Below the pieces are notes generated by a model. It did not search any database. It saw only the letters and a list, made by a program, of their open reading frames with translations, and was not told the DNA's origin. From the NCBI GenBank assembly GCA_964247055.1, contig OZ176056.1, forward strand, positions 6,262,001-6,326,000: a stretch of DNA of 64,000 nt, given 5' to 3'. The position numbers and the translations under genes are program-made. The stretch's first letter is position 1. Each line of letters begins with the position of its first letter. This DNA comes from Paragordius varius (Eukaryota > Animalia > Nematomorpha). Positions 44,501 to 55,473 of this stretch are shown piece after piece.

Positions 44501-47500
44501 ATATTTTAAAAGACAACCATAATTTTTAAACTTTTATTTTCCCATATATATATTATTTTGAGTGTTAAACAATGTCCATTATCATCTCTCAGATATATAT
44601 ATAAAAAATTGTTTTGAAATTATGGTTGTCTTTTTTTAAAAATATATGTCAAATTATTACATTTTGTGTGTATAATACAATTTTTACTGCATATGAAATC
44701 TAATAATGTTATAATAACTGATATAAATAATGTTAAATGTTTAGATCCCAATCTAACTTGGTATTTGGGTAATTCGCAACCTGTCCATCCTTCATTAAAT
44801 GTTGAGGCCAACACTAAGCAAAATACTCTTAGATATCAAACATATAATATGCAAAATCAGATGAATAACTTAGTACAACCTTACGCTGCTCAAAAACAAA
44901 ACAAACCACAGAATAATTTTGTTAAATGTTCATTTTGCCATAGAAATGTAACAATGTCAGAACCTTTGTAAGATTTTTGGGTTTTATTTTAAAATCTTGC
45001 TATATGTTCTTTAAAATTTATCGAATCATTTTTTTATAATAGAACGGCTAATATTTCAAAGTTGGCAAGCCAATATTATCCAAGTATAACCATTTTATTC
45101 CTACCAGTATAATTATTTAAATTTATGCTAATAAATTTATTATTTTTAGCTACTTTCAATGTCGCATATCCTTTGCCACAAAATGCAACCTTTCTTGATA
45201 CGGGTATGATTATTGCATATTATTTGCCATTACTAAATCGAAATTCACAAAAATTAGGCCATATTTGTGCTCGACAGAAATTAAAGCAAAAAACTAAAAA
45301 GCGCCAAGCAGCTGATTATTATATAACTAAACACTATTTAAAACTAACGTTCCTAGTCCTATCACATATTTATTTGTCTCAAAGATTAATATAAATTTAT
45401 AGATAATAATACTATTAATATTGATGAAATTAATAAATTTTAGATTATATCACAATCACCGAACTTGGTCAAATTTATATTTATTAATAATATTTTTAAT
45501 ATTTCCAAAATGAAAAACCTTATTATAACTAAAGCTAGATAAATCACTGATTTTACACTTTATTACCTTTTAAATTTTTTGTAGCGATGATGTCAAGCAA
45601 ACTACTGTTTAAATTGTATTGGTTAAATTAACATCTTTACCTGTTTTAGATAAAAACCTATAATTTTCAAAATTTTGTATATTTATAGTTCTAATTTTAG
45701 CTATTAATTGAAATCAGCTGATATTAAATGTAATTTGACAGGTTTTTTTAAATAATTATTTACACTTTCTTACCCTAATTTACATTTATTCGCCCGTTGT
45801 ATTAACGATTTAAAAATAAAATGAAAAAATGGCCGTGAAAAAGTTGGAGATGAGGGATTTTGACGCAATTTTACTCTTTTTTTAAAAAAATTTATGCGCC
45901 TAAAATAAAGAAAGCATGTATTTAAATTTGGCTCAAGCAAAAAAATTTTATTGATAAGAAATAAAGTAAAATACATAAATTATTATCCATATTATATTAG
46001 CAAGAATGACAGGTTCACAACCTTATATACCCATGCTGATGGATAATAACGGTCTTGTTCCATCTGGTTTAAACGGGACAACATTTTCCAAACTTACAAA
46101 TGAGGAATGCGAAGAATTCCCAACAATCGGAACTATTTACAGTGACGATATCGCTAAAGTCATTATACATATGGCTAATTTGCTTAATCGAGACAATGCC
46201 ACCGCAAATCGCTCGCGCGGGCCCAATTTGTCAATGTAAAATATTTACTTATTATAATATCCATACAAAGAATTTTTACATTTGTGTAATCCATTAAATG
46301 AAGTAAGAGCTGTACATTTGATAAGGAATTATCCAGGAAACATTAAAAAAACCTGGAATAACGTTTTAGTTTGTTACGATTTAATATATTCTAAAAATAT
46401 TCTGTTAAATGATACAGTTATAGGCTATAAAATGCATATTTTCAAATTGGACCAAATTATAGTTTTTTAGATTACTTTGGAGTTGTTAACTAGTCTAAAA
46501 ATAGAAAAGTTATAAATATTTGTTTTTTTCGCTAAAATATCCAATTTTTCGATACCTTAATGTTTAAAAACATTTTAAATAATTTAACTGTAAAATTTTT
46601 AATATATGATGGATTAAAATTAATCAAACACCGTTTTCTCGCATACGTAGATCACAAATTATATGCAAATGTCAAACATATTTGGAGGGACTGATTGAAT
46701 TTAAGGATAGTCAATCCTTTTCCAATTCTATCGATAATAATTCAATGGCCTTTTCATCGGATATGAATAGATCAACTTCTCCTGGTATGTATAATCATTG
46801 TTGATTATTTTTAGTAATATATATAAGGGTTGAATTTAAAGCAATGACCTCACATAGGGTTTAACCGTTATAAGATAAATATCAAATGCAATGCTATTTA
46901 GTGAAAATTTATTCTATGAAACTAAGTCTTATATATTTCTCTAATTCACACCTTACTCATACTTATTTAATATTGGGAAAGTCTATATATAAATTTTTTT
47001 TATTTCAGGGATCCTAAAGCACCATGGTAAAAATAGTTTACAAACGAATTTAAGCCTTATGAAAACATTGACGCAAAAGGTTCGACATGAAGATCGTTTT
47101 ACATACCAACGGATAAACCCTGTACAGGTAAAAAAATCTATAGTAAATTATAATTGGTGTATTTAAAATTTGGTATAAGTCAAAATATGTATGGATTGGC
47201 TTTTCTATATTTAATACTAACCGGTATGAGGCTTATAAATAATATTCAGGGTGATAATCAGTCTACGATATTAGAAAATTTAAACAGCTATGATTTTCAA
47301 CGCATAAAATTAACATAATTTTCTTAATTTACTCAAATTCGAATACTATAGTTTTAAAAATTATGGGGTAATTGACTCATCAATGGTGAATGTGGAGATA
47401 AATCAGGGTTTCGCTTTATCGTTTATTCTGTTTAAAGCATATCTTGAATGTATAAAGAGAAATGCAGATGATATGGTTATCTCCACAGAAACATTTTTTA

Positions 47501-49594
47501 GATGAATGTAAAAAATATGGTGTACAGATTACCTACACAAAAAAGTGGCAAACTAACTCGAATTGGCTAACGATTTAGTAAATATTAACAGGTACATACT
47601 CTTTTATAGTATAAAAATGAAACTTGGTAAATACAGATCGATAATAAATGCACTCACGAGATAAAACGTAGAATCGCCATGGCCGAAACGGCCACATGTA
47701 ATAACAATAAAATTTGGATATCCCATGATGTCAGTTTGGAAACAAAAATCAGGCGTGCCAATGCAACTAATTTAATAATCTTTTTTTGGAAACATGGACC
47801 CTAAAATTATCCGATGAACGAATATTGATTTAATAAACTATGGGTGTGGTGAAGGCTTTTTTAAATAAAATGGTTCAACAAGATAACCAACAAAACAATC
47901 CTTAACACAATCCTGAAATGTCATTGATTGGCATCTTCATCGGCACCAAACTATCCTACTTTTGCCACATTAAGAGATCTAACTAATTGAAAAAGTCCTT
48001 GACGTTGGGATTAGTGTGGACTTAAAAGGGACCGAAGATAAGTTGGATGGACAATCTAAAAGAAACCAATGCAACCTTGGCAGAACTCAGCAAATATAAA
48101 CTGCAATTTATAAAGAAGTGTTATTCACAATATCAAAAAGTCGACTTCAATTGTAACAAAACATCCATCCATCCTTTCTGTTTTAATTAAAATGGGAAAT
48201 GCCAATGTGCTGCTTTTAACGAGAACTGAATTAAAATTTGATTTTATACACACGTTTACAATTAAATTACAATGTAAAGATTTTAATTATAATTTGGTTT
48301 ATGGATATAATATTTTAATAATTAAAACAAATATTTATTACATTGTAACTAAAAATTTAATCATACAATTTATTATATATACTTTGATCCATTTCTGTTA
48401 TATAAATTATATAATAAAATATCTAACAAAACCATTATAACAAGTAAGAACGATTATGACCCACAATTATTAGACATAATTTCATCTGAATTTTTATATT
48501 GAAAATCATTTGGTTAAAAATATAATAATTGTTATCATCTGGATTATTTTACTATAGCGATTCCTGCAATGCATGAAATGCTTATTTTCTCTATATAACG
48601 CAAATCCGACCATGTCTCAAGGCGAACTGATAAATCATGCGAAAATTATTTTTCAGAATTCACTGGGAAATCGAATCGGTAATTTATTTAGGAGGTAAAA
48701 ATGTGTAAAAAAAATTTAGACAAAAAAATCGCTTTATATCACATTTGGAAATATAAATGTATTTGTTGAAATCTTCTGTTGTTTTTTGTATTTACTGGGT
48801 GTAGCCATAAGTTATTACCGGCTTGACTAAGAAAAGACGCCGGTATAAACAGACAATTAATTTCAGACCCCATTTTGTTTATTTGACATTAACGACAACA
48901 CACACCATGAATCCGCCAAAATAGCGTTTTATTTTTATCATTTAGTAATAATTACGAATTTAATAGAAAAAAACATTTACGATACGCATTGACATCAGTA
49001 GAAAGAGGCTGTTGAAAGTTATCGTGTGTAGGCAGATACATATTGTGAATGCTCTATCGATTTATTGAAAATTGAAATTTAAGATGTTATGTGATAGGGT
49101 TGGCGCTTTGTTTTTAACAAAAGCCGGCAAAGACTATAACCACACATAGTAGTGAAGACATCTTAACAATTACATGAAGATTAGCCATAGCATTTTTTAA
49201 AATAATAAATATATATGATCTTAAATTAATTTACCTATTTTAGATTTATGTGAACTAGCCAAAGATTGTATTGAATGTGCTAACCAAAAGTATGTTAAAA
49301 CAGCGCTAATAGCGGAAGTCCTTTATTTGGTCCGAAACAGCCTAAAATTTAACAAGGATTTAACCTTGAAAGATTTGGTTGAACTGATTTACATGATCTA
49401 CATAAAGTAGATATGAATTGCCTTAAATTTAAATCAAAAATCTTCTATTAATTTTGTGTTAAAAAGGATTATTTTTTAAGCATTTAAATTATTTATGCTT
49501 TTTTAGCTTGAAAGAATTAGCAAGGACTGGTGTGTTGCCTAACCCTATGATTACTTGTCCACAATATACCAACTCATACATGGAATCGGTATAA
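41511..49594 (+). CDS. Orphan multi-exon gene, about 890 aa, with nine dispersed CxxC motifs, N/Q/P-rich linkers and a helical C-terminal region
   Basis: 14 phase-consistent GT-AG exons: 41511-42156, 42973-43494, 43565-43703, 43878-44020, 44300-44344 (alternative donor 44419), 44745-44967, 45043-45083, 45150-45203, 46001-46235, 46651-46784, 47009-47127, 48558-48678, 49244-49406, 49507-49594. Total 2673 nt with no internal stop. No family recognised. It may instead splice from 49588 to 52472. Confidence 0.75.
44447..44689. mobile_element. TA-flanked MITE (CAGTAAAA family) in orphan-gene intron 5
   Basis: ta|cagtaaaaaggagaaatcatacagacaaaa ... ttttgtgtgtataatacaatttttactg; internal gacaaccata / tatggttgtc. 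Confidence 0.65.
47640..48110 (+). pseudogene. Decayed RTE-clade LINE fragment in orphan-gene intron 11
   Basis: DNKCTHEIKRRIAMA...KIWISHDVSLETKIR, ETWTLKLSDERIL, WFNKITNKTIL and GPKISWMDNLKE match RTE reverse-transcriptase C-terminal motifs; frameshifted. Confidence 0.75.
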
Positions 49595-50699
49595 TACTAT
49601 TTTTTGTATTATATAATATACCGGTAATTCCTAGATAGGGAATTTGTATGTTTTTCGGCCAAAATGTTTTAGATAAACGAAAGTATTTTAAAGCAATTTT
49701 AGTTGATTATTAAAGATCCATTCATATAATTATAAAAGGTTATATATATATTTATATATATATATATATATATATATTTGCCGCTGGTTTTTTCATAAAC
49801 TTTAAATGAAGAGTAGGTGTAAGTGATTGTGGGATTTTAAATAGTATATATGATTAAGGGCTTTGTATTTTATTAGGGTAGGGCGGAATATTATATATAA
49901 TAAAAAGTCCTAAAATGATAAGATCCAAGAAATATCTTTTTATATTTTTTCATACTCACTTTTTGGTGATTTTTAACACCATATAAAAATATTTATAAAA
50001 TAGCTTAAAAATTAACATTGATAGTTTTGCAGTTATTTAATACTTGCTAAAATAAATTCTTTACCTAAATCTTTAAACTAAATCTTGATATACCTTAAAG
50101 GTAACTATTATCAGGACTTGTTTGTAACTTTCTATTGAAACGAAATACCAATATTCCTATTGTTAAAAAAAACTTTTTGATGCCACAAAGATAGTTGTAA
50201 TTTATTTATTTAGCTTTGATCCTTAAATAATTAAGTGACTGATTGTAAAAAAACTACTTATACTTTAAATTAAATTTGAAACATATAGCACATGAAACAA
50301 ATTCAATCTGAAATAGCCAATCGAATATGCAGTTTGCAAAGGAAATATCCATTTTTAACTCCACGAACTATTATGATGTGTTGTTTCGATGCTTATAAGC
50401 AATTACAAGAAAAGGGTACACTTTTTACTGCTATATATCTTTTATTAAGTTAAATTTGTACATATTATATCTTGTGGACAAAATTTGTTTGGAGGCGTAA
50501 TCATAACTAATTACCGGTTTCATTCATAAAAAGCGTGGGCGAAAAGTAAGCGGACGATTAATTTGATTCAAACCCTATTTTGTTCATCCTACATACTACA
50601 AACATTCATAATTTTAATGTCCGCCAAAAAGTAGCGTCTCATTTTATCATTCATTAATAATGTCGTATTTGATTTGTACAACATCCATGGATACATTGT

Positions 50700-51620
50700 T
50701 TTCCGTATCCCATTAGAAGAAAATGCTGTTGGTCATCGTTTGTTTGTAGTAGAAACATATAGTAAACATGCTTCATCGATTAAAACAAGAATAACCAACA
50801 CGCTGCCTGCGAAAAATTTGGACATCTATATTTGCAAAATACTAACAAAATCTAAGTAAAATCGATAATAATTATACAAGTTTTTCTGAATAAGTCAACC
50901 CAATTGGCAACGAACTAGATAAAATTACTATTATTGGTTTACATTTTAAAATCATGTGTTTGAAACCTAATAAAATATTTATTACTGTCCATATACTTTT
51001 TAAATGCGGCCCGTCGGGGTTCTTGAGTAGAAAATACCGCCAGTAAAAGTTGTGATCTCTATGAAAGAAATCCGGTGTAATAGATCACCCAACTGCGGTG
51101 ACGATAATATGGACGACCAAACTTATTGGCTCATTCTTTTTATCACCTATGAGCAATGGGAAAGAGAACTTGATAAATAGGTTCCTATGCAGATCATCTA
51201 ATCAAAAACGCAAAGTAAGTTGTCAACGTCACGAAAGAAAATCATTTGTGCATCATGACTGGTGATGTAAAGTTTTTATGTAAATCCTAAGCGTAAATAG
51301 ACCCAAATTGCTTCGGCAAGAAGTTATAATCGGTGTTTAGTAGGACCAGATTGTTGTTGGGCATTTGGGCTTTTGAAGTCCGTAAATCTTTTAATACGCT
51401 AATCAAAAAAGGACTGGAATGGGCCAGAAGACAATGCAAATTGAGATTCCCAGTGTTCCCTCATACTTCACAACCAGTTAAGATGACTTAATCGCTTTGA
51501 TAGGATTTTTATGCATCCGCTGACATGACTCCCAGGGTTACATATTCGCATTGAATTCTCGCAGAGCAGCACTTAAATTATTTCAAAAAAGTTAGAAAAT
51601 GCTTAACGAATAGTTTTCCG
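50700..51620 (+). pseudogene. Decayed mariner (Mos1-like) transposase
   Basis: HRLFVVETYSKHASSIKT, AMGK..*VP, QRHERKSFVH/IMTGDVK/VNPKRK, HTSQPVK and LAEQHLNYFKKVRKCL parallel Mos1 segments in the correct order; many stops and frameshifts. Confidence 0.75.
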
Positions 51621-52471
51621 CATAAAAATTATATATTAACTAAAAGATGGGCAAAATGTGTGGAAGCCAACGCACAATATTGTGCATTGAATACAATTGA
51701 TTTCCTTTCAAAATTACAATGTTTTCAAATCGGTAAAAACCTCTAGATTTAGTATGTGATCATATTTTGAGTAATTAAAATAACTTGAAATAAAGATTGT
51801 ATTTTGAAGTTTATGCTCTAGTATTTTATTTCAAATATTATCTATCTAAAATTTTTAGAGGCTATTTTTTATAATTAGAAAATAAAAGTGGCTCACAATT
51901 TTGTGGTAAAGCAAATTATTCATTGCAAAACGGTCCAAACATAACAAATGATTACGCAGGACAATTTGCACCTAATTGGTCATCCTCGCAAAATATATAT
52001 AAAAAAAGTTATGAAAATAAATCGTTGGCCGAACTTTTGGATTCTTTAAAGGTTATATATATATATATAAGTATGCATTTTATTGTCTGTTAAGTAAATT
52101 TATGGACAGTCAAATAAAAGAATGGTTAATATAAAAAATACTCCTCCACAAAATTATTTTACTGCACATATAAAAGTTTATTTTCTCTAGCGGGGTTCTG
52201 ACTTTTGGCTTTGAAGCTATCATTTAAGGAAGTATTTTCTACTTTTTAATAAACGTGGGCTAATTGCGCAACTTTTCGCTAACAAACAAATATGAGAAAA
52301 GTGATTTGAAACCAAAAACAACACGCGAATCCCGATGCTATTTTTAATAGAATATATATTTTTTATCAGGATATATTTTTTATACCACCGATTTTTTGCA
52401 CTGTCAATATGTATCCATATTCATTATATTTATTCTTTTGATCTAACCCAATTTTATATTAAATTTTATAG

Positions 52472-52708
52472 CAATCAACTCGAGATTTAAGGAGCACACT
52501 CAGTAAAATTCAGGTTCAAGGAAAAATTTTGGATCGCAAAGGTGATTTGGCACGCTATGCTGTCAGATGTGATGCCAACGCGAACGCGACAAATGGGAAC
52601 GAAAGAAAATACATTGTAGAAATCGAGCCAGCCTCTGAAGAAATTGTAAAGGGAAAAAAATCTATTAAAAAAAGAGAGGATGAAACCCCTACACCAGAAC
52701 AAGTATAA
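52472..52708 (+). CDS. Candidate terminal coding exon (78 aa): either the last exon of the orphan CxxC gene or exon 3 of a small secreted protein (52292-52300, 52351-52410, 52472-52708)
   Basis: Acceptor ttttatag followed by an open phase-0 frame QSTRDLRSTLSKIQVQGKILDRKGDLARYAVRCD...EEIVKGKKSIKKREDETPTPEQV*, with higher GC than the flanks. Phase-0 donors exist at 49589 and 52411. Confidence 0.5.
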   Translation, partial: QSTRDLRSTLSKIQVQGKILDRKGDLARYAVRCDANANATNGNERKYIVEIEPASEEIVKGKKSIKKREDETPTPEQV

Positions 52709-53084
52709 AATAAATAAAAATTCAAAAAACGCCAAAAAATAAATTTTCATAAAATTGCTGTATTAGGTATCACCGAAAAAAAGTGCAAGGAAAAGAAACA
52801 AGAAAAAATCAGTCGATCAATAAATCCAAACTGCAAAATAGTTTGAATCGTAAATTATTCGTTTTTTTGGATATAAACAGATTTTATTCCTGCCTTCCCG
52901 ATTTATTGGGAACCTACATATTTCTGCATAGTTTGTGATACTTCCATTTTCTTATTCATTTTTTCATCTGTATATACTTAAACTTCTGTACAACTTTACA
53001 AATAAATTTCATATGCTTCAAATTAATTATAATATTATATAAAATCTAAATTTGGTATACACAGAAACATTTAAAGCGATATTT

Positions 53085-53088
<4 letters not shown>

Positions 53089-53120
<32 letters not shown>
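53089..53120. repeat. (TA)n microsatellite
   Basis: Perfect TA run. Confidence 0.95.
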
Positions 53121-53122
<2 letters not shown>

Positions 53123-53354
53123 TTTTACAGGAGGCGTGTCTAACACGCGGCCCTTCGTGCTATGCGCGGCATATTTAAAAATTGGAACTCAATAATGTAC
53201 AAAAATATAATAACATAATCTTAGTAAAACTAATATTTCTTAATCAATTTTTTTAAGTGAATTCATATGATTAGCAAAGAAAAAATTGTTATATTGTGCT
53301 TGCATTTTCCTCTCTTGTGTTCAATTTCTAATGAATTATGTAAGAACCCCTATA

Positions 53355-54814
53355 TATACCATTTCCCAGTCTAAATAAACGTTTTCCTAGTCAATCAAAA
53401 CATTTTCCCAATCAATCGAAACGTTTTCCCAGTAAATCGAAACATTTTCCCAGTCAATCGAAACGTTTTCCCAGTCAATCGAAACATTTTCCCAGTCAAT
53501 CGAAACATTTTCCCAGTCAATAAAAACATTTTCCCAATCAATAAAAACGTTTTCCCAGTCAATAAAAACGGTTTTATTTTTGATGATAAATATCAAACAA
53601 GAATATAAATACAACTTTTAACCATTATTATCGTAATATTAGGATATAATTTTATATAAAAACACAAATATTGAATGACAATTTTTCCCAGTATATTCCA
53701 GTGCACAATCATTAATGGCTTATTCGTTAAATGTTATATTTTTGGAATTTGAGTTAAGATAATATTGTTTATTTTATCGATGGTTCGCATTAATATTTGC
53801 GGAACGCTTCAATTAATTTTTAAATATGTCCGGTTTGTCGATGAAAATACTGTCGGAAAATATATCTTAACGAAAATTTTTTTGATAAAAATGTTTTGAT
53901 TTAAAAATATTTAATAAAAAGGATATTTGACTAAAACAGTGGTGTCCAGCCAACTGGCTTCGCGGGCCGCATTTCTTACTCAAAAAGCACGGCTTTCCAC
54001 ATTTGAAATATATATGGGAATTCACATAATTTTATTAGACTGTAAAATAAAAACATAATATAACAATTTTTTTTAATTCATTACCAATTTAATAGATTCA
54101 TTCATAATAATTGCGTAAGAAATATGAATATTACTAAGTTTTTGTGGGCATATTTTTGCATATGGTTTTCCAAATTTTTTGCGGCCCGCACAAAGATACT
54201 CGGAAGGCCGCCTTAGGCCCCCGCTGAACCAAATGATAAAAATTATTAAATTAGCGTAAAATTTATGTTTAAGATCCAATATTAAGTGTTAAATGACCTT
54301 TGTGATAAAAATGGTATATTTTTATAAATTTTATTAATTACTCCGTAACTATACATTTTTTAAGTTAGCCGCATATATTAATGAAAACCATCGATAAAAT
54401 AAAAAATATTATCTTAACTCAAATTCCAAAAATATAACATTTAACGAATAAGCCATTAATGATTTTGCACTGGAATACTGGGAAAAATTGTCATTCAATA
54501 TTTGTGTTATTATATAAAATTATATCCTAATATTACGATAATAATGGTTAAAAGTTGTTTTTATATTCTTGTTTTGATATTTATCATCAAAAATAAAACC
54601 GTTTTTATTGACTGGGAAAACGTTTTTATTGATTGGGATAAAGTCGGATAACTGATATATGATGGGTATAAATATCAAACATATTACTGTGAGTGTGGGA
54701 AAATGTTTCGATTGACTGGGAAAATGTTTTGATTGACTGGGAAAACGTTTCGATTGACTGGGAAAATGTTTCGATTGACTGATAAAACTTTTATTTAGAC
54801 TGGGAAATGGTATA
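53355..54814. mobile_element. Foldback element, subfamily C: about 450-bp inverted arms with 21-bp tandem repeats (aaacattttcccagtcaatcg)
   Basis: The left arm (about 53355-53802) is the reverse complement of the right arm (about 54369-54814); termini TATACCATTT / AAATGGTATA. The right arm has a roughly 55-bp interruption. Confidence 0.85.
53937..54230 (+). mobile_element. Truncated hAT MITE inside the loop of foldback C
   Basis: cagtggtgtccagccaactggcttcgcgggccgcatttcttactcaaaaagc...atttgaaatatatatggg matches 9015-9277; the right TIR is missing. Confidence 0.55.
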
Positions 54815-55473
54815 TATGAAGTGCGACCCGTCTATTAATGGGCCCTCAAATTTATTTGTGTTGGACACCTCTGTTTTCCAGTGTCTCATAAGGTGTTAAT
54901 TTGGATGTTTGTGTCTAAAATATATAATTCATTATAAACAGAAATTTTAAATAAATTGATAAACTTTGGGTCGGCACAAGGAACGTTTCTAGAGAGAGTC
55001 GGTGTAAAAAATGTATTTCATTAGTGAATATTTTTTTGCGGGCGTGGATTTTAAGGTTTAAATAATTAATTCATTGGAAAAATTATAAAAACCGTGAAAT
55101 ATGGGAAAAATAAAATATTTGTAAAATACACCTCATATAGAGGTTTGGAATCAAGAGACAACCTGAAACCGAAGCTAATTTCCACTCAAGATTTTATTAC
55201 TGGTTTAAAAACTGTAATAATAAGTTTATTCATCGATCGAACCTAATGGGGTTGTTTATATTTGTTGGTGTTTAATACCATATTTTTTTCAATATTAATC
55301 GATTGTGTTAAGACAAAATAGACCCAAATTCGGAAAAAATATAAATTTGCCCTAATTTGTCAGGACATTTGTAATATTCAATTAACATGACTTAACAATC
55401 AAATTAATACCTTTTTAACATACATAATTTATTTCACGAGTGTATATATCATTTTCCTATAAGAAATCAAAAA

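Larger units (their letters stand above)
53131..54873. mobile_element. hAT-type MITE interrupted by a nested foldback element
   Basis: Ends gaggcgtgtctaacacgcggccc and gtgttggacacctctg; 8-bp TSD ttttacag / ttttccag (7/8). Confidence 0.75.

Noticed and set aside
53387-53614. (IDWENVS)n repeat ORF, or a possible CRISPR-like array
   Set aside because: These are head-to-tail 21-bp repeats without unique spacers, mirrored in an inverted arm, in a eukaryotic context with no cas genes.
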